Source of the DNA: an uncultured bacterium
Lineage (GTDB): Bacteria > Bdellovibrionota > Bacteriovoracia > Bacteriovoracales > CAZZBM01
Direction: 5' to 3'
Assembly (NCBI GenBank): GCA_964652255.1
Contig: CAZZBM010000001.1
Coordinates: forward strand, 530,985-594,984
DNA length: 64,000 bases
Shown: positions 1-9,672 of the stretch, piece by piece
Layout of the letters: the number at the start of each line of letters is the position of its first letter
Numbering within the stretch: the first letter of the stretch is position 1
Program-made: the position numbers and the translations under genes
Notes under the pieces: generated by a model
Seen by the model: only the letters and a program-made list of their open reading frames with translations
What the model was told of the DNA's origin: nothing
Databases searched by the model: none

Positions 1-931
1 GCTCTGAAAATTTTTCCTGAAGTGTTTTTAATACTGTGTTAATTTCTGTAGGATGATGAGCATAATCATCAAAAATTTTCTTTTTTTCATTAGAAAAAAT
101 AAGTTGTAGTCTTCTTTCTACTCCTAAAAAAGAAAAAAGTCTTTTTTGAATGAGAGAAAAGTTTAAGTGTCGAATTCTGCCAATACAAGTAGCAAAAAAA
201 GCATTTTTTAATTGATGGTCACCAAAAATTTGGAGTTGAATTTCACCAAGAATTTTTCCTTCTTCATAAAAAAGAAAAGAAGAAAGAGAAGTTTTTTTAT
301 AAGAAAATTTTTTTAATAACTTAGCTTCATCATAAAAATGAGTACTTTGTTTTTTTAGTTGTTCTAAGCTTGATTGTAACTTTTCAAAAGAGCCATAAAA
401 ATCAAGATGATCTCCTTCTAAATTAGTAAGAAGTAAAATATGAGGATGAAGCTTTAAAAAAGAAGGTTCTGATTCATCAATTTCTAGAATAGTATAAGAA
501 GAATTTGTTTCATAAAAATGATTTTGATCTTGAATGAGACTACCTCCTACAAAAGCATTATCTTCAGGAAACAGAGTTCTTAAAAGTGCTGTAGTAGAAG
601 TTTTTCCATGACTTCCCGTTACACCAATAATCTTTTGATCTTTTAAAAAAGAAGCTAAGAATTCACCTCGGGAATAGCATGGGTATTTTTTTTTTGCTTC
701 TAAATATTCTTCTGTGTGAGTGGCAACAGGAGTATAAACAACACAAGTAAGATCAGGGGGAAGTGAGTCTTGAGTTTGACTTTGATAAATGGGAATTCCT
801 AAAGCAAGGAGTTTGCGGGTATAGCTGTTAAAGTGATGATCAGATCCAGAAACTTGATAACCTTTTTTGTAACAAGCTAAAGCTAGTGCACTCATCCCCA
901 CCCCACCAATTCCAATAAAATGCACTCTCAT
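1..931 (-). CDS. murC: UDP-N-acetylmuramate--L-alanine ligase MurC, 3' end cut by the window edge
   Basis: Not in the ORF track because it runs off the edge. The reverse-strand ATG at 931-929 overlaps the murG stop (ATGA). Translation starts MRVHFIGIGGVGMSALA, contains the P-loop GVTGSHGKTSTT, and reads AHHPTEI near position 60. The frame stays open to position 1. Confidence 0.85.
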   Translation of the reverse strand, partial: MRVHFIGIGGVGMSALALACYKKGYQVSGSDHHFNSYTRKLLALGIPIYQSQTQDSLPPDLTCVVYTPVATHTEEYLEAKKKYPCYSRGEFLASFLKDQKIIGVTGSHGKTSTTALLRTLFPEDNAFVGGSLIQDQNHFYETNSSYTILEIDESEPSFLKLHPHILLLTNLEGDHLDFYGSFEKLQSSLEQLKKQSTHFYDEAKLLKKFSYKKTSLSSFLFYEEGKILGEIQLQIFGDHQLKNAFFATCIGRIRHLNFSLIQKRLFSFLGVERRLQLIFSNEKKKIFDDYAHHPTEINTVLKTLQEKFSE

Positions 932-1923
932 AAATTCATCTCTTCTTTAATTTTCATTGTTGCTGATTTTTGTACCTTAATGTCATATTTTAAATCAATC
1001 ATCAGGGGGTATTTTTCTAAAATTTCTTGAAGACAAATATCTTTTCCCCAAGATTCTTGAAGAATTTCTACTGGAAAATGAGCTTGTTGTTGAAAACTTT
1101 TTGCATTAATTTCTTGATGATTATTCATAGACTTTGACCATGGAATAAGAATACAAGGTTTTTGAATACAAAAAAGTTCAGCTAAAGTACTTGCACCGGC
1201 TCTGGCGATGATAAGATCAGCTCTTTGGCAAAAAGGAATAATATCTTCAATATAAGAGTAGCGATGATAAGAATCTTCGCTAAAATCTTTATGATGTTTT
1301 CCTGATTGATGTTCTATAATAAAACGACCCGTAGCTCTTAAGCCAAGAGTGATTTCATTTAAAAATTCTGATCCTAAACTTCCCCCAAGAACAAAAATTC
1401 TATTTTTATCCTGAGTGTTTACATGAAAGTTTGTTGTAAAAAATTCTTTACGAATAGGATTTCCTGTTAGGGTTTCTTTAAGAGACTCAAATTGAGTAAA
1501 AATTTTTTTAACAAAAGGTTTTAAAAGCTTATTAGATCGACCCATAATAGCATTTTGTTCTAATAAATAAAGAGGAATTCTTAAAATAAATCCACTAAGA
1601 ATGGGTCCAATGCTTGTATAACTTCCAATTCCTAAAATGGCTTTAGGTCTTTTAAAAAGAAAAAGAAAAAAACAATATAGAAAAGAATAAAAATAAAAAA
1701 TCAGAGAAAGAAAAAGATCTTTTTTTGTTTGATAACCTGTTAAAGGGAAAAAATAAGTTTTTTTCTTGGAAAGTAATTTTTCATCTAACTTCTTTTTACT
1801 AGCAATAAAATACACATCGTAATCTTGCTCTAGTTCCTGTGCCATAGCTAAAGCTGGATAGATGTGCCCCCCAGTTCCTCCCGCTGTTAAATAAATTCTA
1901 GGTTTTTTCTTTACTAATAACAT
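928..1923 (-). CDS. murG: Undecaprenyl-PP-MurNAc-pentapeptide GlcNAc transferase MurG
   Basis: N-terminal glycine loop LTAGGTGGHIYPALA. Lies between ftsW and murC in a dcw cluster. Confidence 0.9.
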   Translation of the reverse strand: MLLVKKKPRIYLTAGGTGGHIYPALAMAQELEQDYDVYFIASKKKLDEKLLSKKKTYFFPLTGYQTKKDLFLSLIFYFYSFLYCFFLFLFKRPKAILGIGSYTSIGPILSGFILRIPLYLLEQNAIMGRSNKLLKPFVKKIFTQFESLKETLTGNPIRKEFFTTNFHVNTQDKNRIFVLGGSLGSEFLNEITLGLRATGRFIIEHQSGKHHKDFSEDSYHRYSYIEDIIPFCQRADLIIARAGASTLAELFCIQKPCILIPWSKSMNNHQEINAKSFQQQAHFPVEILQESWGKDICLQEILEKYPLMIDLKYDIKVQKSATMKIKEEMNL

Positions 1924-2929
1924 ATATAATTCCTAGTAAACTAAAAGAGACTAATAAGGAAGAGCCCCCATAACTAAAAAAAGGAAGGGTTAATCCTTTT
2001 GTTGGTAATAATCCTAAACAAACAGCCATATTGGTAAAAGCTTGAAAAAATAAAACAAAAACAAGACTCATCCCTAAATAAGGATTTTTTTTTAATGAAA
2101 GATCTTTATAAAGAAGAAAAAAAAAAATAAAATAAGAAGTAACAAATAAAAAAACTCCTAAAAAACCAAGTTCTTCACCTAAAACACTAAATAAAAAATC
2201 ATTATGAGCCTCTGGTAGGTAAAAAAGTTTTTCATGACCATTTCCAAGCCCCACACCAGTGATTCCTCCCTTGGAAAAAGCTAAAAAAGATTGAATGATT
2301 TGAAAACCTTTATGATAAGGATCTTGCCAAGGATCAAGAAAAGAGAGAAATCTTTTAAGACGATAAGGTGCTATGAGAATAAGGCTTGAAATTAAGGTTA
2401 TGAAAGATAAAAAAGAAAGAAGAAGATGTTGCCAAGAAAAATATTTTAAAAAAAGAAAATAAAGAATAGAAAGTAAACATAAAACAAAAGTTCCAAAATC
2501 TGGCTGTAACAATAAAAGAATAAAAGGAAGAAAATAAACAATCCATAAAAAAGAATGTCTTTTTTTTTCAGTTAAAAAATCTAGAGCTAGTAGAGAAGAA
2601 ATCTTTAAAAATTCTCCTGGCTGCAAGCTATAACCAAAAAAATGAATCCATCTTTTTGATCCCTTTAAAGCATGAGGAAAAATAAAAGTAAGAATGATAA
2701 GGATTAAAACAAGAAGATGACTAGGGTAGAAAAACTTCTTTAAAAAAGAAAAAGATGCTCTTGAAATCATGAAAAAAGCTAGGATTCCAATAAGAGTAAA
2801 GAGTAACTGTCTGTAAATAAAGAAATGACCTGATTGGAAGTATTCCCTAGCATAGATATAACTAGAAGAATAAACCATGAGAAGCCCAAAAACTTGAAGA
2901 ATAAAGGCTAAGAAAAAAGAAAATTTCAT
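1898..2929 (-). CDS. ftsW: SEDS-family peptidoglycan polymerase / cell division protein FtsW
   Basis: Polytopic membrane protein with a conserved C-terminal GLLPTKGLTLPFFSYGGSS block. Position in the dcw cluster. Confidence 0.9.
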   Translation of the reverse strand: MKFSFFLAFILQVFGLLMVYSSSYIYAREYFQSGHFFIYRQLLFTLIGILAFFMISRASFSFLKKFFYPSHLLVLILIILTFIFPHALKGSKRWIHFFGYSLQPGEFLKISSLLALDFLTEKKRHSFLWIVYFLPFILLLLQPDFGTFVLCLLSILYFLFLKYFSWQHLLLSFLSFITLISSLILIAPYRLKRFLSFLDPWQDPYHKGFQIIQSFLAFSKGGITGVGLGNGHEKLFYLPEAHNDFLFSVLGEELGFLGVFLFVTSYFIFFFLLYKDLSLKKNPYLGMSLVFVLFFQAFTNMAVCLGLLPTKGLTLPFFSYGGSSLLVSFSLLGIIYVISKEKT

Positions 2930-4332
2930 AATTGAAAAATAAGCTTTTTGTACTGTTTTCCTTTTTCTTTGTAATCTCTAAAGCTATCTGTACTAGGAGC
3001 TCCTGGACAAAGAAGTATTTTTTCTCCACTTTTTGCTTTTTGATAAGCCACTAAAACAGCTTCTCCAAAACTACCTACTAAAAAACAAGCTTCTACATGA
3101 TCAGCAAAAAATCTATTCATTACCTCTTTGCATTCTCCCATCAAAATAAGAATTCTTACTTTATTTTTTAACACGGGACCATAAGGAGCAAAATTTTCTT
3201 CCGTTTCTTTACCACCAGCAATGACAATAAGAGATCCTTGAATGGCTTGAATAGCCTTAACAAACTCTTCCATGTTTTCAGCTTTGGCATGATTAAAAAA
3301 AGAAACTTTATTTTTAGTCACAACAAATTCTAGACGATGAGCAATGCTTGGAAAAAAATCAATAAGCTTTTGAATAGCCACATGACTTGTTTCCAGAAGA
3401 AGATTCACTAAAATGGCAGCTAATAAATTTTCTTTGTTCTCTTTTCCTTGTATAAGAGTTTTGTTGACTAGAAAAGTAGCATGTCCCTTGAGATGAGAAT
3501 AAATTTTTCTCTCTTCAAAAGAAATTCCTTTAAAAGTTTTTTCTTCTAAATTTAGAACTTGAAGGGATTTTCTTGTATACCAATATTTTTTCCCAGGGAT
3601 TTTTTTAATCATAGGGTGATCAAAAAGCTCATGATGACTTAAAACAATTTTTAAATCCTCTTCTTTAGAAAATAAAACAGGTTTAAAAAGAAGATCCATA
3701 TATTCTTCTATGGAGTTAAAACCATATTTTTTATACTGATCATCAACATTGGGATAAACAATGAGTTTTGTTTTGAAATGAGACTGATGTTTTAATTGCC
3801 AAGGAGAAACTTCTAAAACAATATAATCAGCTTTTTCTTCCTCTAAAAAATAAGAAATCAAAGGATTATCTTGATCTCCTCCTGAAAACACTTTTTTACC
3901 ATCATTTCTTAGAGCAAAAGCAATCATTTCAACAATGGTTGTTTGACCATAACTTCCACCCACTAAAATAAGTTCTTCTTTTAAAAATTTTAAAGGAAAA
4001 GATAACTCATCATAAACTTCAATTTTCTCTTTTCTAGCCGCTTGGAGTTCTTTTAGCTGAGAATCTACCCTAGAAGCATGAATAATAAGATCAGCTTCTA
4101 AAAAATCCTTTAATCGATGTTCTCCAAAAACAGTACTATGTTGCTCTGAAAGAAGTTTTTTTAGTTTTTTAATTTCCTTATTAAGATCAAAAATATGCTT
4201 AATATCTGTGATTTTAATCTGACAGTTAAGTTTTTGAAAAAGCTCGATATATTTAAAAGCAACTTCACTTAATCCAACAATTAAAATCTTCTTGTTTTTG
4301 TATTTATCAAAGACCTTGTAGTTCATAAACAA
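2926..4332 (-). CDS. murD: MurD-like UDP-MurNAc-L-Ala--D-Glu ligase with a divergent ATP-binding loop
   Basis: Lies between mraY and ftsW. N-terminal Rossmann-like ILIVGLSEV, AHRLEFV, and C-terminal LLCPGAPSTDSF align by eye with E. coli MurD. The P-loop reads GGSYGQTT instead of GSNGKST. Confidence 0.75.
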   Translation of the reverse strand: MFMNYKVFDKYKNKKILIVGLSEVAFKYIELFQKLNCQIKITDIKHIFDLNKEIKKLKKLLSEQHSTVFGEHRLKDFLEADLIIHASRVDSQLKELQAARKEKIEVYDELSFPLKFLKEELILVGGSYGQTTIVEMIAFALRNDGKKVFSGGDQDNPLISYFLEEEKADYIVLEVSPWQLKHQSHFKTKLIVYPNVDDQYKKYGFNSIEEYMDLLFKPVLFSKEEDLKIVLSHHELFDHPMIKKIPGKKYWYTRKSLQVLNLEEKTFKGISFEERKIYSHLKGHATFLVNKTLIQGKENKENLLAAILVNLLLETSHVAIQKLIDFFPSIAHRLEFVVTKNKVSFFNHAKAENMEEFVKAIQAIQGSLIVIAGGKETEENFAPYGPVLKNKVRILILMGECKEVMNRFFADHVEACFLVGSFGEAVLVAYQKAKSGEKILLCPGAPSTDSFRDYKEKGKQYKKLIFQL

Positions 4333-5218
4333 CCCCTAAAGTTGAACAAATAATAATAAAAGTAATGACGAAGAAAAAATAAGTAATTTTTTTCTCAGAC
4401 CATCCTTTTAATTGTAAGTGATGATGAAAAGGAGACATAAGAAAAATTCTTTTTTTTCTATATTTAAAAGATAAAACCTGTAAGATAACAGAAAGAGTTT
4501 CAAAAACAAAAATACTTCCAAAAATAATTAATAAAAATTCTTGTTGAACTAAAATAGAACAATAAGCAAGAAAAAAACCTAAAGGTAAAGATCCAGTATC
4601 GCCCATAAAGATTCTTGCTGGGTATTTATTATAGTAAAAAAAACCTAATCCTGACCCTAAAAAAATAGAAAAAGGAGTGAGGTGTTCAAGCTCTTCAATA
4701 AAAAACATAAAACCAAAAACAATCATTAAAGATAAACCCATAGCTAAACCATCTAATCCATCAGTGAGATTGACTGCATTGCTGGTTGCTACAAACATAA
4801 AAGCCCAAAGAAAGATCATTAAAGGACCAAGATAAACTCCTAGAAAACTTTTAGAAGTAATGGAAGAAAAATAAAGAGAAGAGCTAGTAATAAAAGCAAT
4901 AATCCACTGCAAAATAAATCTTAATTGAATAGAGAGTCCTTCTTTGTTGTTTTTTTTATACTTAAGATAGTCATCAACAAAGCCTAAGGCACCAAAAGCA
5001 CAAAGACCAAAGACTAGAAAAAGATGCTCTTGAGTAGGATAAAATAAGAGTAAAAAAATAAGAGGAAGAAGAAAGATAAAGCCCCCAAAAGTAGGAGTAG
5101 TTTTTTTATCAGTATAAGGAATAAATTCTCTTAAAGAATCAAAAATAGATTTTTTTTTTAAAAAAGTTAATAAAAAAAAACCTAAAATTAAACTTAAAAA
5201 TAGAGCCATTAAAAACAT
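4307..5218 (-). CDS. mraY: Phospho-N-acetylmuramoyl-pentapeptide transferase MraY
   Basis: Motifs TPTFGG, VDDYLKY, NAVNLTDGLDGLA, MGDTGSLPLG and SPFHHHL. Confidence 0.92.
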   Translation of the reverse strand: MFLMALFLSLILGFFLLTFLKKKSIFDSLREFIPYTDKKTTPTFGGFIFLLPLIFLLLFYPTQEHLFLVFGLCAFGALGFVDDYLKYKKNNKEGLSIQLRFILQWIIAFITSSSLYFSSITSKSFLGVYLGPLMIFLWAFMFVATSNAVNLTDGLDGLAMGLSLMIVFGFMFFIEELEHLTPFSIFLGSGLGFFYYNKYPARIFMGDTGSLPLGFFLAYCSILVQQEFLLIIFGSIFVFETLSVILQVLSFKYRKKRIFLMSPFHHHLQLKGWSEKKITYFFFVITFIIICSTLGVVYELQGL

Positions 5219-6405
5219 AAGGTCCCTAAGCTTAACACATAGTCTTTATCTTTGTGAGGTATTTTTTCATGACCTCTATCAAGGTAAGTTTCTTCACCCT
5301 TGCCAGCAATCACAATAAGGTCTAATTCTTGAGCCTCTTGAAAAACTTTTAAAATAGCTTCTTTCCTTTCTTTGATAAAAGGAACATTAAGATTGATCTC
5401 TTGATAAATATTATAAGGATCTTCACTTCTTGAATTATCTTCTGTGATGATAATTTGAGAAGCATATTTTTGAGCTATTTGACCCATAAGAGGTCTTTTT
5501 CCTCTATCTCTATCTCCACCACAACCAAAGATAAGATAATCTATTTTAGGTAAAGATTGTAAAAGTTTTTCTAAACCATCAGGAGTATGAGCGTAGTCAA
5601 TAATAATTCTTAGTTTTTTTCCTTCAAATTCAATATTAATTTGTTCACATCGACCGGGAATAGGTCGAATATTTTCTATTTTTGCTTCTAGGTTTAAACT
5701 TTCAACTAAAGCATAAGCTAGAGAAAAGTTTTTTTCTTGAAAAGTGTTTTGAAAAAAACTAGGAATATTTTTAGCTAAAGGAACTAAATAAGAAGAAGGA
5801 AATTTTTCATGAAGATCTTTTTCTGAAACAAATAAAGGATACTGACAATAATTTAAAATTTTTTTCTTAGTTTGAAAATAGTGTTCTAAGCTTTTATGAT
5901 AATCAAGATGATCTTGAGAAAAATTAGTCCAAGCAATTCTTTCAAAAGAAACACCATAAAATCTTTCTTGATCTAAAGCATGAGAAGAAACCTCTATAAA
6001 ACAATACCCTTTTCTTCCTTGCATAAGTTTTCTCCAAAGAAGATAAGGGGGAGAGGTATAATTAGTTTTTGTTAAAAACTCACCCTCATAGTAAAGACCC
6101 AAAGTTCCTAGATAATAACTTTGAGGCACCATTAAGTGAGCTAAAAAAGCTGTAGAAGTTTTTCCGTTGGTCCCAGTAATCCCAATAAACTTTAAATCAT
6201 GAGGATAATAAAAATCTGCTAATTTTTTTTGTAAAGGAAGAAAATCTTCTTTTTTTACATGAAAAATATGTTGTGAATTTAAATGAGTAGTTGAAAAAAT
6301 TAAAGGATGATTTGTTGAAAATTCTTCTTGATCTGTAAAAAGAATTTCATCAGATTGCCCTTCATTAAAACATAATCCTTTAATCATCATAGAAAGGATC
6401 TCCAA
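5209..6405 (-). CDS. murE: UDP-MurNAc-L-Ala-D-Glu--2,6-diaminopimelate ligase MurE (compact form)
   Basis: Motifs GITGTNGKTST, EVSSHALDQ, NFSQDHLDYH, DYAHTPDGL, GCGGDRDRGKRPLMG, DNSRSEDP and AGKGEETY. Confidence 0.92.
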   Translation of the reverse strand: MEILSMMIKGLCFNEGQSDEILFTDQEEFSTNHPLIFSTTHLNSQHIFHVKKEDFLPLQKKLADFYYPHDLKFIGITGTNGKTSTAFLAHLMVPQSYYLGTLGLYYEGEFLTKTNYTSPPYLLWRKLMQGRKGYCFIEVSSHALDQERFYGVSFERIAWTNFSQDHLDYHKSLEHYFQTKKKILNYCQYPLFVSEKDLHEKFPSSYLVPLAKNIPSFFQNTFQEKNFSLAYALVESLNLEAKIENIRPIPGRCEQINIEFEGKKLRIIIDYAHTPDGLEKLLQSLPKIDYLIFGCGGDRDRGKRPLMGQIAQKYASQIIITEDNSRSEDPYNIYQEINLNVPFIKERKEAILKVFQEAQELDLIVIAGKGEETYLDRGHEKIPHKDKDYVLSLGTLCF

Positions 6406-8185
6406 GATAAACCTTTAACTGCCCTTTAGCAAGTCTCTCCTCCTTATAAATAACACCCTGAGAACCTTCAAAGATTAGATGAGGATTGATTTTTAAAGCT
6501 TCTTGCTGAGTGAGTCCCTTAAGAGATTTAGTTGATGTGGGTAAAAAAGTTTTTTGATCTAAAAGAGAAAGATATTTATTTTTGGGTTCTTGCAAAAAAA
6601 GATACTCTGCAATTTCTTTAAAGACTGGAGCAGCTAGTTTGCCTCCAAAATAGTTTTTCACCTGGGGCTCATCCAAATAGACATAAATTAAAAACCTCTC
6701 TTGAGTATTGGTAGAATAACCAATAAAACTAGAAACATAACCACTATACTGACCATTCTTGCTTTTTTGAGCTGTGCTGGTTTTACCAGCAATAGTGACA
6801 TATTTCATTTGAGCTGATCGACCAGTCCCTTCTAAGGTTACTCTCTCTAAAAGTTCATTCATTTTAGAAGCAATCTCCTTAGAAAGAACTCGTTTAAAAG
6901 GTTTCCTTTTATTTTTTAAAAGAGTTAATTCAGGTAATAAACCATTGGTGGCAAAAACAAGAAATCCTCTAATAACTTGTAAAGGTGTTAAGGCTAAACC
7001 CTGACCAAAAGTTAGCGTAGCCAACTCCAAAGAGCCCTCCCTACTAGGCTTTAATCCCTTAGACTCTCCAGAAAGCTCAATGCCAGTTTTTTCAAAAAAA
7101 CCAAAAAGAGAAAGCTTTTTTACAAGATCTTTTTGATTAAATCGTTGACCAATTTTAACCATTCCAATATTAGAACTCTTTTTAAGAATATCACTCACAC
7201 TTAACCACTGAAATTTTTGAAATTGAGCTTCTTTGATTTTATGTTGATCTATGAGATAAAATCCATTTTCACAAAAAATTTCCGTTTCAGGAGAAATAAG
7301 TCCTTCATTGAGACCCAAGGCAATAATAAAAGGCTTAAGAATGGAGCCAGGTTCAATAGGTTCTGTCATTAAATTTAAATTCCATCTTTCGGAAAAGTTT
7401 CTTAAGTTAGGATTAAAATCAGGAAGATGAGCTAGAGCTAAAATTTCTCCTGTATAAACATCAACAATGGCACCACCAGCAGCTATGCTTTTTGATTCTT
7501 TTAAAGCTTTGTTTAATATTTGCTCAAGTTGTTCCTGCATTTCTTTGGACAGAGAAAGTTCTAAAGATTCTGGTTCTTGACCCTTACCCCTCTCTTGAAT
7601 TTTAATAGCACGCCCCTTGGCATCTTTATAATAAGTAAAGGAAGAAGGAACACCTTTTAAGTTTTCTTCAAAAAAATATTCTAATCCGGCTAAACCTTGA
7701 GCATCTTGACCTACTGTTCCTAAACCTTTTGAAAAAAGATTTTCATAAGGGTAATATCTTTTCCAGGTTTCCTCTAGGTAAATTCCTTCTAATTTCTTTA
7801 GCTCTTCTTTCTCTTTATCCTTTAATAAAATGGAACGAGCTAAAAAAGTATATTTTTTTCTTGTTTCAATTTCTTTTTTAAATTTTTTAAAATCAAGATT
7901 TAAAACAAGGGAAGCTTTTTTTAAAGAATCTAAAAAAAGATCATTTTTTTTAGGAATCAAAAAAATATTATAAGATTTAATGTTCATAGCTAAGAGATGC
8001 CCATCACGATCATAGATAAGACCCCTAGGGGGGAAATACTTTACTTCACGAACAATTTGTTGATGAGCATACTGGGTTAAATCTTTTTTTTTATAAACTT
8101 GAAGATAAAAAGCTTTCATAAGAATAGAGCCATAAAAAAAAGTAAAAAAATAAAAAGTAATTTTTAGTTTTTTTCTAAGATCCAT
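6380..8185 (-). CDS. ftsI: Class B penicillin-binding protein / division transpeptidase FtsI
   Basis: N-terminal TM anchor. Transpeptidase motifs S-I-L-K (SxxK), SSN, and K-T-S in place of KTG. dcw position after ftsL. Confidence 0.88.
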   Translation of the reverse strand: MDLRKKLKITFYFFTFFYGSILMKAFYLQVYKKKDLTQYAHQQIVREVKYFPPRGLIYDRDGHLLAMNIKSYNIFLIPKKNDLFLDSLKKASLVLNLDFKKFKKEIETRKKYTFLARSILLKDKEKEELKKLEGIYLEETWKRYYPYENLFSKGLGTVGQDAQGLAGLEYFFEENLKGVPSSFTYYKDAKGRAIKIQERGKGQEPESLELSLSKEMQEQLEQILNKALKESKSIAAGGAIVDVYTGEILALAHLPDFNPNLRNFSERWNLNLMTEPIEPGSILKPFIIALGLNEGLISPETEIFCENGFYLIDQHKIKEAQFQKFQWLSVSDILKKSSNIGMVKIGQRFNQKDLVKKLSLFGFFEKTGIELSGESKGLKPSREGSLELATLTFGQGLALTPLQVIRGFLVFATNGLLPELTLLKNKRKPFKRVLSKEIASKMNELLERVTLEGTGRSAQMKYVTIAGKTSTAQKSKNGQYSGYVSSFIGYSTNTQERFLIYVYLDEPQVKNYFGGKLAAPVFKEIAEYLFLQEPKNKYLSLLDQKTFLPTSTKSLKGLTQQEALKINPHLIFEGSQGVIYKEERLAKGQLKVYLGDPFYDD

Positions 8186-8421
8186 AAAGAAGACTCTTTT
8201 GGATGTATCATATCATATTTTTTGATTAAAGGTTGTAAAAAATCATGAGAATAAAGCTTTGCTTTTTCAAGTTTTTTTTGACTTAAAATAAATTGTTCCT
8301 CTCTGAGTTCATGAAGAACTTGATGAAGCTCATAGTGAATTTCAAAGGTTAGAAGTCTTAACATCGCTAGAAGAAAAGATGAAAAGATGACAAATAAAAA
8401 AAGAAAGGTCCATTTCTTCAT
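8164..8421 (-). CDS. ftsL: Small bitopic coiled-coil protein, FtsL-like
   Basis: 85 aa with one N-terminal TM helix followed by a heptad-like region. Lies between rsmH and ftsI. No sequence motif beyond topology. Confidence 0.5.
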   Translation of the reverse strand: MKKWTFLFLFVIFSSFLLAMLRLLTFEIHYELHQVLHELREEQFILSQKKLEKAKLYSHDFLQPLIKKYDMIHPKESSLWILEKN

Positions 8422-9269
8422 TTTTCAAGAACTCTAAGTTTTGCACTTCTCGATCTTGGATTAAGATCAATCTCTTCTTCACTTGGAGTAACAGGTTTTT
8501 TTGTAAGAATCTTTCCTTCACTGGATTTAAAAAAGTGTTTAACAATTCTATCTTCTAAAGAATGAAAACTAATCACTAAGAGTCTCCCCCTCTTGTTCAA
8601 AGACTGAAACAGTAAAGGAAGTGTTGTCTCTAAATATTCAAGTTCGTCATTGATATGAATTCTTAAAGCTTGAAATACTTTTGTTGCAGGATGAATTTTA
8701 TGATATCCAGGAAAAAGATTCTTCACAAACTCAGCTAAATCTAAAGTTGTTAAAAAAGGTTTTTTTTTTCTTCTTAATACTATCTGCTTAGCAATTCTTC
8801 TAGAAGATCTCTCTTCTGCATAGTAAAAAAATAAATCAGCTAAGTCTTTTTCAGAATAAGTTTGTAAAACTTCACTGGCAGTTAAAGAATTTTTCTGATT
8901 CATCCTCATATCTAATGGACCTTCTTTTTGAAAAGAAAATCCTCTCTGTTGAGATTCTAATTGATGTGATGAAACTCCTATATCCATTAGAATAAAGTCT
9001 GGATGATACGTTTTTTTTTCTAAAAAAGAAGGAACATCTTTAAAGTTTAAATGATGAGCTTGAAATCTTTGGTCTTGAATCTTTTTTGCATTCTCAATAG
9101 ACTCTAAGTCTTGGTCAAAAGCTATAATTTGAGCTTTTGATTTTTTTAATAAAGCTAGACTATGACCACCAGCTCCTAGAGTTAAATCTAAAATAAGTTT
9201 TTCTTGACCTTGAAGATAAGAAAGAACTTCTTGAAGTAAAACTGGGGTATGATCTTTATACAAAATCAT
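8418..9269 (-). CDS. rsmH: 16S rRNA (cytosine1402-N4)-methyltransferase RsmH (MraW)
   Basis: Motifs HTPVLLQEV, DLTLGAGGHS, DIGVSSHQL and ISFHSLEDR. Sits at the head of the dcw cluster. Confidence 0.9.
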   Translation of the reverse strand: MILYKDHTPVLLQEVLSYLQGQEKLILDLTLGAGGHSLALLKKSKAQIIAFDQDLESIENAKKIQDQRFQAHHLNFKDVPSFLEKKTYHPDFILMDIGVSSHQLESQQRGFSFQKEGPLDMRMNQKNSLTASEVLQTYSEKDLADLFFYYAEERSSRRIAKQIVLRRKKKPFLTTLDLAEFVKNLFPGYHKIHPATKVFQALRIHINDELEYLETTLPLLFQSLNKRGRLLVISFHSLEDRIVKHFFKSSEGKILTKKPVTPSEEEIDLNPRSRSAKLRVLEK

Positions 9270-9672
9270 GAAAATTTATAGTAGAACCAAGCGATTTAGT
9301 TTGCTTTTCAAAAAAGTTTTGAGATTCTTCAAATTCAAATTTTTCTTTACAGTGTATACAGCATTCAGCTGTAGGTCTAGCAAGAAGTCGTTCATATTTA
9401 ATCCCTTCACCACAAGAGATGCAAATACCAAATTCTTCTTTTTCAAATTTTTCTAAAGATTTTTCGACTTTTTTTAAATAAAGAATATCCCTATTTCTAA
9501 ATCTTAAAACTTCATTCCTAAAATATTCAGTAGTTGCTGAATCTACCTCATCGCCAGTTTTTCTTTCTAGAATGGTTTCATAACTGTTTTTTCCTAAAAG
9601 AAGAAGTTTTCTCTTTTCTTCTAAAAGCTTGTTTTTTAAATTCTTTAATTGCAGAGTTGTTAATTTTTTCAT
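9256..9672 (-). CDS. dksA: DksA/TraR-family C4 zinc-finger RNA polymerase-binding factor
   Basis: Coiled-coil tip DEVDSA (DxxDxA), then RNRD, and a zinc finger C-I-S-C ... C-I-H-C, aligning by eye with E. coli DksA. Confidence 0.8.
   Translation of the reverse strand: MKKLTTLQLKNLKNKLLEEKRKLLLLGKNSYETILERKTGDEVDSATTEYFRNEVLRFRNRDILYLKKVEKSLEKFEKEEFGICISCGEGIKYERLLARPTAECCIHCKEKFEFEESQNFFEKQTKSLGSTINFHDFV

Noticed and set aside
2355-2546. 63-aa ORF on the minus strand inside ftsW, in another frame
   Set aside because: Fully nested in a well-supported gene. Phe/Ser-rich low-complexity translation typical of an off-frame reading of AT-rich DNA.
8342-8545. 67-aa ORF spanning the ftsL/rsmH junction
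   Set aside because: Overlaps two motif-supported genes out of frame. No ribosome-binding site.
9268-9456. 62-aa plus-strand ORF antisense to dksA
   Set aside because: Antisense to a gene with clear DksA motifs. Lys/Phe-rich junk translation.
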